From Reclinomonas americana ATCC 50394 (lineage: Eukaryota), in the NCBI GenBank assembly GCA_048213135.1, contig PS015356.1, positions 25,328 through 60,713 on the forward strand: DNA of 35,386 bases. The letters run 5' to 3'. The notes beneath the pieces were generated by a model. That model worked only from the letters and a program-made list of their open reading frames with translations, made no database searches and was not told the DNA's origin. Within the stretch, counting starts at the first letter, position 1, and the number at the start of each line of letters is the position of its first letter. Both the position numbers and the translations under genes were made by a program. Positions 23,401-34,835 of this stretch are shown here, one piece after another.

Positions 23401-26400
23401 AAGCTGCTCGTGCTGCTGCAAGTCAATGCCATTGCACTTGGTACGGGTGTTGCTGCTTCTACAAGCGTGCGTGACTGCCTGTGCCTGACCACGCACGCGC
23501 ACATGTCGCAGGCGACCAGAGCATCATGTGGAGCGGCTGGCTCATGCTGGGCGTGACGCTGATTGCCCTCAATTTCTTCAATCCCAGCACGCTTCCGATC
23601 CGCACACCGGCCAAGTTCACCACGGTGCGTTATTGTTGCATGTGTGTATGCGATTTGAGTGTGTCTCGCTCACTGCTCACTGAATTGTGTGCTTCACAGA
23701 AATTCATGCAGNNNNNNNNNNNNNNNNNNNNCAAGACATGATGGACTTGCGCGATCACTCCAAATTCTGGCTCGACCGACGAGGCAACAAACTGACCAAG
23801 AATCGACGACGCTGCTGCTCTCCATGGTTTGTCCGTGGCGAGAGGAGAGCCAGGGAAGAGAGAGAATCACGTACTCATGTGGTGTGATGCCGATGCAGGT
23901 TGCCATACACCATCTTCTGGTTCTTGTGGCAGAATCGCATGGCGGCCATTGTCATTGGCTGGTTGACACTGATGATTGTGCGATTGACGGCATTTGTTGT
24001 TGAGTTGTACAACAAGGTCATCAACATTGGCATGACGCAAGGTCTGTTATTTTTTTCGTTCTCGCCGTGCGCAACGAGCTATCGGACTGCTTCTCATCGA
24101 CACGCTTACACGCAGCTGTGGACTACGAAATCCCGTCGGGCTTCCGTCGCATGCCACGCGCCTACTACGAGACCATTAATCAGGTCATTGACGATAAGCT
24201 GATGCAACTCAATCTGCACGCCAACGACATTGGCATGTCGGTTCCACGCGCTCACTTCCCCGGCGACGACCCGACTCCTGTGGACGCCTTCTTGCCCAAT
24301 CGATCGCTGGCTGCCTCGTCACTGCGCCGAAGAGTGGCCTCTGGCGGTTCGCTCAAGCACGCCAGTGAAGTCGGCGGCGCCGGCTCCAACGTGTCTCTGC
24401 TGCGACCGGTGGCGGCATTTGAGGATCTGGCTCGGCGATCGCGTCTCGGCAAGGGCGTGGTGTCGCCCGGCTCGCTGCATCAGCAGCAACAACAGCAGGC
24501 GGCACAATTCTCTGATCTCGACAGTCGAACTACCACTGTACACTTGCACCCGAGTGCGGCAAGCAATGCTGGCGTGCTCGGTGCCTATCTGGCTCGTGTG
24601 CAGCAGTCGCTCGGCAATCGAGAAGACGTAGTGGAGGACCCACACATGCGCTTGTTGCAGTCGGATAACCTGCGTAGCGAGCAAGTTGCGTTGTACACTG
24701 GATTGTGATGGAAGAGAAAATCGCCGAGTCTCACACGTGTGTGTGTGTGTGTGTGTTNNNNNNNNNNNNNNNNNNNNTGTGTGTTGTGAACAGAATCACA
24801 TTGAGAAGGCGGTGACAGAGAACGAGGGACTGGTGATGGAGTTGGTGAAGGACATTAATGATGCTTTCAACGGCTTCTGGTTCTTCAATCCAGAGGAGCG
24901 ACCAGAGGCCACCTCGGCGGTGGTGCGTTGTGGCGCGATCTTACATTCTCTGCTTGGGTGAGTTTTGGAGGACTTATTATTGTTGGCTGCAGACGGCGCG
25001 CATCTGGGACATTGAGGACGACGAGGCCGACGATGATGAGGTGATGGCATACGACGATTACGTGCAGCTGGCGGTGAATGTCACCAAGAAAATCAAGGTG
25101 TGCGGCGGTCGCAGTTTTTGTGGAGTTGATTATTCTTCTGAATACGCAGACACATACACGCAGAAATACCAATACCGCTTGCGCTCGTCGCACGTGTCGT
25201 TCCCAGCACTCGTGCGCCGCATCCTCAACATCGAGTGGCCACAAGAACGACTCGACTTTTTGCTCATGTTTGGCAGCTTTGGTGGTGCCGTCAGCAAGGC
25301 CATTGACCAGTGCAACGACGACACTCTGTCTGGCCAGGAGCGTCGCCATCGTGCTGTCTTGCGCGTGGTCTGGGCCCTCAACACGTACGTCGAAAACACG
25401 TACGACCTCATGCGACGGACTGTACTGTCGCTGCACATGCGCGAGTTCCGCGCGAATCCGCTGTGCGTGGACCTGGTACAGGCGGCGTTCTTGAGCATTC
25501 AAGAAGGTCTCTTTGGTTTCCATCGCCACGACTGTTGATAGGCAGACTACTCACTGCCTGTGATATCTCACTTGCGCAGGCTACCAAATTCTGCTCGGTG
25601 AAGGCGTGCGACAATTTGCGGAAGAGGTGGCGCCGCAGTTCGCAGCTGCGGCCGTACTCGCCAACGACATGGCGTCGATGGATCCAGACACGATGCTGGC
25701 GCGCGCACAAGAGATCAAGTCGTTGTGGAAGACGGTGCAGAAACTGTCGGCTCACCTCGCCGTCACCTCGCAAGAAGTACTGCAGCTGTCGCGAGCGTTC
25801 GAGGTATCCCATTGCACCGTTATTTATTTTGTTGCCTGCACCCACCGACTCACTTGTTTATCGACGCTCGCAGGAGGGTGAGGCGCCGCACTACTTTTTC
25901 GATTCGCGCATGTTGCAGATGAACGGTGTACTGGACGACAGCCCAGCCATTCAAAGCAAGTTGGAACTGGTGACGAGCACACTCATGCAACTGCAGCAGA
26001 TGGAAGCGCGACTGGAGAAGGATTGCATTCGATTGGTGCGCATGAAGCAAGGTCTCAACCCCGACGACGACAGTACGATCATGCCTCTCGATCTGCCGAC
26101 CATGGCCGAGAGCGTGCACTCAGTGTCCAGCTACCGCGGCGGTCTCGGCAGCTCAATTGCTGGCACCCCGCACGCTGCCCTGGAGATGGTCGCCACTCCG
26201 CGCACCGTGATTGAGGAGGCCGGCAAGCAGATGAAGATCACTGTCGTTGGTGCGTACCCACGTCACTCTTTTCTCCTCCGTGCCCGTGGCTCACTCTCTT
26301 CTTTTGTGAATGTGTGCGTGTGCAGCACCACCACCACTGGCTCCATCGAGCGCCGCCGGATCGTCGACGTACAACGAGGACGAGATGCGCAAGGCTTCGA

Positions 26401-28905
26401 ATCGCCGTCAGAGTCAGGACCTCGGTTCCGACATTATGACGGTGGACTCGGAGATTGTCGAGTACGGCGACCTGGAGAAGTCGTCGTCGCAGAGCTCCAT
26501 CACCCACACACATCGAGTGGTCACAAAACGCATCACGCGCTCCGTGTCGCCCACTGGCAAGCCCGTGCGACGAAGTGCAAGTGGCAAGGCAGCGGACAAG
26601 ACCAAGTCTGCCAATACCGCCGCCACTGCCGCAGCCGACGGCGCGCCAGCAGCGGCCTCGTTTGACCTTGGCGGCTCCACACCACTACCACCGCCAATCC
26701 TCACGCCGGTCACGGCGCGGGCGATCTCGCGCAATGGTGGTGGCGGTGGTGGTGGGGGTTCCATGCTGACCACTGTGTCGATGCCTCCAGACGATGCCGA
26801 CAACACTCCGCGCGACTCGTTGGTGTATCTGCAGGCCGGCGTGGTGAACTCGTACCCGTCGTCGCCGTCGTCGCAGGCGTCGGAGCTTGCCGTCGAACTG
26901 GCCACCGATCAGAGTGTGACACCGAACCGCTCGCCCAACACCACACCGATCCGCATGGACGACGGTACAGCTGTTGACGACAGCGAGCAGTCGATTGATG
27001 TGCTCGACGTGGACGAAATTCGCCGCGACTCGCGACTTGTGCGTGAGGTGTCGGCGCGCATCGAGATCCCGTTCATCATGCGCCATCCAACCTATCGCTT
27101 CTCGGTGGACGAGCATGTGGCGTTGGCGTACAAGCGGCAGGAGGGCGTCATTCGCTACATTGGACCCACGGATCTCGGTCCAGGCACGTGGCTCGGCGTC
27201 GAGCTCAAGCTGCCAGAGGGCAACAGCGACGGCATGCTCAACGGTACTCGCTTCTTCCGTTGCCGGCACAACTACGGCGTGTTTGTCAGGCCGGAGAATG
27301 TGCTGCGTTGCAAGGTACTGTGGACAATGATGTCCTTTTTCTTGTGTTTTTCTTCTTCCCTCCACTGATTTCTTGTGACACAGATCTACACTGTGGAGGC
27401 ACAAATGGGTGGCGATCAGATGCAAGAAACAGTGGACATGCGTCGTCGTGCATTGTCGCCGAGTGCGCGAACGGAGGAGTTGACGGCGCGCGAGAAAGGT
27501 GCACTTGCGCAGCACGAGTCGCGCACGCGAGGAATGGCTGCCTCGCCAACAGACATGGTGATGAATGCGGCGTCGCCGGATGTGGCTCCACGCCTGCAAC
27601 GTCGTCAGTCGCTCCTCGGCAACGACAGCGAGTCCAGCAGCAACAGCAGCGGGCGAGGGCGTCCGGTGTGTGTTGACAAATTCATTCACTGTGCAGTCGT
27701 CGTTCCTCGCTCACCGCATCCTGTGTTTGCGTGCAGCGTCGCAACAGTCGGAGCAGTTTTGACGGCAACAGTGCACCGGCGGGAGGTGCCACACGTCCCG
27801 GCGCTGTGAATCCCGGTCGCCGACTGTCGCACTCGCGTCGGCCGTCGATCTCCGACACGACACCGCCGGTCGAGCAGTTGTCGGTGATTCCGCCGACTCC
27901 GCCCGTGGGTGCGCTGCTGCCTCCACTCCTGCCGCTGGCCGACTCTCCAGTGCCACCCGGAGGCGCGTCGCCGCCGGTGCGAGCGTTGGCGTCGGTCGAC
28001 CGACCGCGCAGTTTCAGCTCGGTTCGTATGAGCTTCCAGGCGACGCGGCGGCGCGGTATGCCCGTCAGTGCCACCGACTCGAGCGAGGCCGCAGACATGG
28101 AAATGGTCGCGGCATCAGCTGCGGCGGCACCTGTAGCATCTCCGGCGCCCGCAAAGGGCTCACCGGGAACGCTACGTCGCAATCACTCGCCCGACATTGC
28201 GTCGAAATTCGGCCAGTTGCCGGCGCCGACCTTCCTCGGACCCGACGGCCTTTTGCGACACAAGAACACACTCAGCCAGCCTTCGCTGCACGGAACAGGC
28301 ACTTTGTTGCGCTCGTCGGGCAACAGCGAAGCGACGCTGTCGGTGACCTCGCTGTCGTCGACATCGCTGGTGCATGAACTTGGCGAGTTACCGCCAGTGC
28401 CCTCTGATCACGTCTCGTCGGCGTCGTCGCTGGCCTCTGCGGTGGCCGGCGGAAGTGCGCCGATTGGCAGTGGCTCCGAGGGGCACGTGACGCATCTGTG
28501 GATGCATCGCTTCCGACCCAATGGCGTCGACGGCCCACTGGCCGACTTTATTGCCGATCGGCTGGCCACGGAGCTCTCGCGTGGCCGCTACCCACTGCAT
28601 GCGCCCGATGACGACGAGCTGCGCTACATGGCGGAGAGCGCCAGTGCCAATGGGTTCTCGCGATCCGAGTCACTCATTCCCGGCTCCGGCATCATCGTGT
28701 CGGTGTGCCTGGTCGACGGTGGACGCGTCTCCAAGGACGGCATTCAGCGCATTGCATTCTCGGTCAATGGTGAGTCCCGTGTAGCTCCCCTCCCTCTGCG
28801 ATTGCATGATTACTCACTTGCACGCGACATGCAGGCCCCGATGCAGACATCACGCGCTTTGTGGCTGGGCGGCCAGCAGATCGCTTCCAGGCGCTGGGAG
28901 ACTAA
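17451..28905 (+). CDS. GT48 / FKS-callose-type 1,3-beta-glucan synthase with a long C-terminal extension (helical region, CAP-Gly, low-complexity, terminal globular segment); many exons, 5' end in the gap
   Basis: FKS motifs after splicing: KTFRERS, PKNQEARRRL, MPSFCIMIP, YPNDWKNF, WACGRFQPLFR, RVRLPGNPFLCSGKAENQ, VDCNQDSYFEEMLK, HYGHPD, SEDIFLG, QYGKARD, FESKVAGG..MSRE, GFYLN, YIQTGR..SHF, FFNPS. Phase-compatible GT-AG exons continue to TAA at 28903-28905, crossing two 20-N gaps. Confidence 0.85.
27099..27302 (+). other. CAP-Gly domain inside the glucan synthase tail
   Basis: FSVDEHVALAYKRQEGVIRYIGPTDLGPGTWLGVELKLPEGNSDGMLNGTRFFRCRHNYGVFVRPENV follows the CAP-Gly consensus. Confidence 0.92.
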
Positions 28906-29454
28906 AGATAATAAATTATGGTGTGTGTATGTTGCATGCAAGGGTTCGATGCAGCCGTGCAGGCCGCAGTGATACTTGTAAGTCGGCCGAAACTGAGCAA
29001 CCCCACTTTCAGACAAGACCGTTTTGTTTGATTGTGCGAGAGGAGCGGAGGCTTGATCTGTTTCGTGTCATGTCCGTGTTGTCTCAAGCTCATCGTGTCC
29101 CNNNNNNNNNNNNNNNNNNNNNNNNNNNNNNNNNNNNNNNNNNNNNNNNNNNNNNNNNNNNNNNNNNNNNNNNNNNNNNNNNNNNNNNNNNNNNNNNNNN
29201 NNNNNNNNNNNNNNNNNNNNNNNNNNNNNNNNNNNNNNNNNNNNNNNNNNNNNNNNNNNNNNNNNNNNNNNNNNNNNNNNNNNNNNNNNNNNNNNNNNNN
29301 NNNNNNNNNNNNNNNNNNNNNNNNNNNNNNNNNNNNNNNNNNNNNNNNNNNNNNNNNNNNNNNNNNNNNNNNNNNNNNNNNNNNNNNNNNCCGGGTTCGG
29401 TCCCGGTACCCCCGTACCGTACCGACCGACCGTCGTACGACGACGTACGTCGTC

Positions 29455-29455
<1 letters not shown>

Positions 29456-29500
<45 letters not shown>
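29456..29500. repeat. (CT)n microsatellite, intronic
   Basis: Perfect CT run upstream of the acceptor at 29543. Confidence 0.95.
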
Positions 29501-29503
<3 letters not shown>

Positions 29504-29543
29504 TGATGGAAGAAGCTCATGAGTGTGCATTTGGCCGTTACAG

Positions 29544-32500
29544 TCACTGTGACCGAGGCTTCGTTGTTTCTGGTGGCGCAGAGTGACAGCTGCCCGTCTG
29601 TGCCAGAGCAGCAGCAAGTGTCGCTGACGGGCACTGCTCTGCCGCTTACCTCGGCCGATCCGGCGGGCCTTGCGCTCTTTATCGACACTGCCTGCACTGT
29701 CGCCTTTCCTCGTGTCGTCATGACATCGTCGATTACCGCTGCCACCGCCGCCAGCCTCACCTTTGACACCACCAACATGAACAGCGCTCTGGCCACGAGG
29801 TTGCGCTTGCACTGATCTCTCCTTCTTTCTCCCTCTGGCTCTCTCTGCTCACGGTATGTGTCATGCAGTGGCTTCCTGTGCGGTCGTGCAACTCCGACGA
29901 CCGCCTACAGCAACCTCGTGTCTGTGTTTTTCAGCGCGCCGTGCATTCGCACCCCGCGCGCCATTCGCTACGCCCTCGATTGCGCAGGAGCGACTCAGGG
30001 TGCTAGCGCGGCGACCACGATCCCGGCGACGCAGTCTGTGCCGATCACGGGCAGCAATCTGGCTGCCTCCCTCATTTTCGGCTTGGCTGCGTCGAATGAT
30101 TGCCAGGGCACTGTTGATACCACCACTGTGCCACTGGCTTACACGGCATCGGGCTCCACCCTCGACTATACCACTCAGACGGCAACTGCCAGCACCGTGA
30201 CGTCCCAGTACTTGTGTGCGCGCAAGGTTGCCACTGGCACGTGGGCGTACACTGGCGCACAGATTACGGTGAAGCAGTTGTGTGTGGTGCCTCGCATCCA
30301 GGCCGCCGGCGACAAGAGCATTATGTTGCACCCGGGCTCGTGCACCACAATTACTCAGTCGCAAGTCGTCCCCAATCTGTACATTACCGGATTCGCCGCG
30401 ACTGCCGCTTTTACGCCGTCGTCGTCGTCGGATCAGCTGGTGCTATCCAACGACCCGGCCGGCAATTGCCAGCCCCAGTTCCACGTCAGCACTGTGACGG
30501 CCATCTTTGTGTCGGACACGAGCATTGCGGTGCGCTTTTCCTGTCGATCGCCGGCACTACTCCACACGCGTACTCACTCCTCGCATGCAGTTTGACACCA
30601 CAAAGCAACTGACGCCGATCTCTGCTCCACTCACTCTGTGCACGCGCGCTGTCTTTGAGGACAACTGGGTACCGACGGCGGCCACGATCACCATCAACAA
30701 TGGCTGCTGGTCGGTGGCGTCGCTGTCGATCCCACCGGGCGCCTGCAACATCGACTCCCTGGGCAACGTCGGCAACCTCGATCGCACCATTACTGGCGTC
30801 AACATGCCGAGTTGCGTACCACGCGCTTACCCTTTTGTGAAATGACTCTGCGCACTCACTCTTTGGCCTGCAGCTGCTGCCGGCTTCGTGATTGACATTT
30901 TCGCCCCGGGCACATGCACTCCTGGAGGAGCCGGTGGCGATACTGTCCCGGTAGCAGAGTCTACACAGATGAATCAGGGGCTGTTGATTTCTCCCGACGG
31001 ATTGACGGCAACCAGCCAGGTGGTCAGCTTCATGACACTCACGCACATCCTGCGCCAGGCTGAAACCGTGGGAACACTGCCATACTATGAGATCTGCTAC
31101 TCCACCGATGCCGGCAACCAAGTCTATGTTCGTACCATCGAAGAGAATGCCTGCCTGTGCATGTTCTTACGTTGTTCGTGTGCCTCCCACAGTACTTCTC
31201 CGGCACGACTCTGACGATTGACGGACCGTGTGTGTCGTCGCCGTCACAACCATTCACCTTTGCCATCAACGATGGTGTCGTACAGAACCTGCACGTGGGA
31301 GGCACTGTCGTACCCGCACAGGCGACGCGCTACTCGTCTGGCTGGGATATGAATGACACGGCAATCATCACTTACGATTCCTTGTGCGACCCGACCACTG
31401 TTGCGCTTTGCGTTCATCATCTCCGTATAGTGCAAAAAAAGTTAACAAGTAACTCACTCTCGAGGGACAATCGTCTACACAGACTATTATCGACTCCGTC
31501 GCTGGAACGACGTTCACCTTCGCTACTACCTTCTATGACACGGCGATCGCGACCGTGGACTCGGCGCTGTTGGCGGCACTGCCGGCCGGCCGCAAGCCAA
31601 CTGATTTGAGCCTGTGCATCAATCTCAATGGTGCCGGCACCTCGTACGTGCGCCTGGCGACCATCAATTTCGGTGCGTGGAAGAAGCACATCAGGTGCTT
31701 CATTAGCTGAAGCCTGCATGCTAACTGAAATCTGTGCATGTCTTTCACAGTGTCCATGTCGGTCGTGCGAGACACGTACGCCACTGGCATCTTCAACGCG
31801 CAGCTGCAGCTTGATGGGTTCCCCCTGCCCGCTCCATCCACATTCGACACGGCATCCGCGGCGGCCACGACCGGAAACCCGATCGTGTTTATCACGGACA
31901 CGGCCACCACATGCATCGATGGCGTGGTGCCAACTGGCGCAGCAGCATTGGGAGCAGGCATCACCAACCTGTCGCTGACGATGCTGACCGGAGCGACCGG
32001 GTTTTCGACCACGGCCGAGCACTACGCATTCCAGCTGTCGACCCGTTCGGCGCTGGCGGCGTGTGCGACCACCAATTTTGTGGCTGCGGGCGACTACCTG
32101 CTGTGCGTGCGTCTGGGCGACGGACAGGGTTACATGACGGCAGCCACGTTGCATGTCACTGGTACGCCTCGATAATCAGTTCCCTTTTTGCGTGCACGCG
32201 CACACAGACCTACCTGCTAACCAACATGTTTTGCGCAGCCGACACTACGGCAGTTTCCCCGGGCACATCGATTTCGGCCGCCTTCAACAAGCGCTTCAAT
32301 TTGACGTTGTCGGGCACCTTTAACGACTGCTCTACCTTCTCGATTGTCAACTACGATCCGTCAGTGGTCAGCTGCGGTGCGTCGCTTACCGACACCGTGA
32401 CTGGACGGCTGTCGTTCTCGCTCGACGTGACCCTCGGCCTCGGACGCTACAATGCTGCGTCTGGACTGTACTCGTCGTACACTCTTTCGCTGCAACCCAA

Positions 32501-33910
32501 CTCGACCGTGCGCCGTCCGCTCATGGTTCGTGTTGCTCACTTACTTGCGTTTTTATCGTGTTACATCTTGTGCACTCACCTCTGCCCTTCGCTTGTTGCC
32601 TTGGCGCAGCTGTGCTTCCAAGCCAACTCGAATGGTGCTTTCCTGGCGATTCCGTCCGCGTTCCCCAACACCGGTACCGGCGTGATCAACATTGGCGCAC
32701 GTGAGTGCCAGAGTGCGCTTTCTTTACCTTGACCGTGGTAGATGTCTCATGCGGTACTGCGTGGGTGACACAGACATTCAAGCCGGCACAATTGTGGGTG
32801 ACAACAGCGATGCGTTGTACGCCGCTTCCCAATTCGACGGTGGTGCTGGCACACGCACGTGGCAGATTACCACGCAGTTTACGGAGGAATTTAGTTTCGT
32901 GGCGGAGCGCCTCCTTTTTCGTCTCCAGTGCCTTGCGCTGTGCTGACCCACTCTTGTCTCGCCACAGCTTCGGTGCCGAAGGTGTTCTTCGCGTTGCAGG
33001 GCCTTAACATTGGTGCCAGCGACACTCGTTTCTACTGCTCCACCAAGTTGCGTGTTGTTGCGTGCTTTCTGCTTGCGACACACCAGCGTCCTCATTCCTT
33101 CCTTGTCTTGGTGCGTGCAGTCGTGTGACCACGCAGCAACTGCTGCTCCGCTGCATCACGTACACCAACGTCGACATCAACAAGTTCGTGTGTGTGTGTG
33201 TATTATTGCGTCATCGCTGCAACATTTGATACTGAAAAGAGTTACTCTCTCCTATTGTTTCGTGCAGCCTGTCGCTTGGATGGATGGCGGTCAACATGCC
33301 GAGCACTTCGTCGAACGACTTGCGCGTCGGCAGCATCAACTACGTCGCCGATCGCCACCGCTCGTGGTGGACGCCGACGACAACCTCGTCCACGCGCGCA
33401 CAGTCGTCCTCGATTACCATTGGCAACTATGTGCAGTTCCCGGCGGTGCTCACTGCGCTGCGCCATGGCTACATTAGCGGATCGTACGACGCGGACTTTG
33501 TCGGCGGCGACGTGGAGGCATCGATTACCAAGTTCAACTTCCGCCACCAGGCGTCGGTGCAGACCACGTGCCGTGTGTCACGCCTTGCATTCTCGTACTT
33601 GTCGTACGTGCCGCGTGGTGCGAGTGGATGGGGTCTCCTGGCTGGCGAAGGCAGCCTCACGGCGCCTTTCGCTGACGCCGTTCACGACATTTCCACGGAC
33701 GATTTGACGGCTGACAACACCACGTTTGTGGCCTACCTGCGTGGATGGGCGTTTGCTTCGGCGGGCACAGATGGATCGCTGGCGGTGCAGTTGTCAGTGG
33801 GTGGATCGTTCCCTTCATTCACCGTATCCGTCAGCACGACTGGATCGGCGTCCACCCCGTCACGCATCGATTACTCCTGGGCCGCGCTTGGCATGGCTGC
33901 AACTGTGTAA
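29544..33910 (+). CDS. Large Thr/Ala/Cys-rich, probably extracellular protein with C-terminal H-type lectin-like domains; multi-exon, 5' end in the gap
   Basis: Spliced frame of beta-strand-like modules with recurring Cys (GFLCGR, QYLCARK, LTLCTRA, YEICYS, LSLCIN, YLLCVR, LCFQ). Then TQFTEEFTSVPKVFFALQGLNIG..RFYCSTNRVTTQQLLLRCITYTNVDINNLSLGWMA (H-type lectin pattern) and two weaker similar units; TAA at 33908-33910. Confidence 0.7.
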
Positions 33911-34835
33911 GCGCAGAGACCGGAAGCCTGGGGGTTTTGATGTTTTCAATATTTTGCCTGTGTCTGTGTTTTGTTTTCATTTTGCTGTTTTGCTCGTGTC
34001 TCGCCGACACCAGAAATGAATGCTCTCGAAGCTTCGCTGTTGTTATTATTCACCATAAAGCACATGCAGATTTTACTGCTGTGAGAGACCTCAGCGCGGC
34101 GTGGATCGCTGTCGTCGTTGAGTCGACGATGCTGAGCCACTGGTCGCACAAGGACAATGAGGCGTGTCAGCGAATTGGGGAGGTGGGGAGAAGAACGCAT
34201 AAAGAANNNNNNNNNNNNNNNNNNNNNNNNNNNNNNNNNNNNNNNNNNNNNNNNNNNNNNNNNNNNNNNNNNNNNNNNNNNNNNNNNNNNNNNNNNNNNN
34301 NNNNNNNNNNNNNNNNNNNNNNNNNNNNNNNNNNNNNNNNNNNNNNNNNNNNNNNNNNNNNNNNNNNNNNNNNNNNNNNNNNNNNNNNNNNNNNNNNNNN
34401 NNNNNNNNNNNNNNNNNNNNNNNNNNNNNNNNNNNNNNNNNNNNNNNNNNNNNNNNNNNNNNNNNNNNNNNNNNNNNNNNNNNNNNNNNNNNNNNNNNNN
34501 NNNNNNNNNNNNNNNNNNNNNNNNNNNNNNNNNNNNNNNNNNNNNNNNNNNNNNNNNNNNNNNNNNNNNNNNNNNNNNNNNNNNNNNNNNNNNNNNNNNN
34601 NNNNNNNNNNNNNNNNNNNNNNNNNNNNNNNNNNNNNNNNNNNNNNNNNNNNNNNNNNNNNNNNNNNNNNNNNNNNNNNNNNNNNNNNNNNNNNNNNNNN
34701 NNNNNNNNNNNNNNNNNNNNNNNNNNNNNNNNNNNNNNNNNNNNNNNNNNNNNNNNNNNNNNNNNNNNNNNNNNNNNNNNNNNNNNNNNNNNNNNNNNNN
34801 NNNNNNNNNNNNNNNNNNNNNNNNNNNNNNNNNNN

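Noticed and set aside
34050-34205. Possible terminal exon of a minus-strand gene (branch-like gctgac and acceptor gaccag near 34141)
   Set aside because: Too short, frame ambiguous and truncated by the gap.
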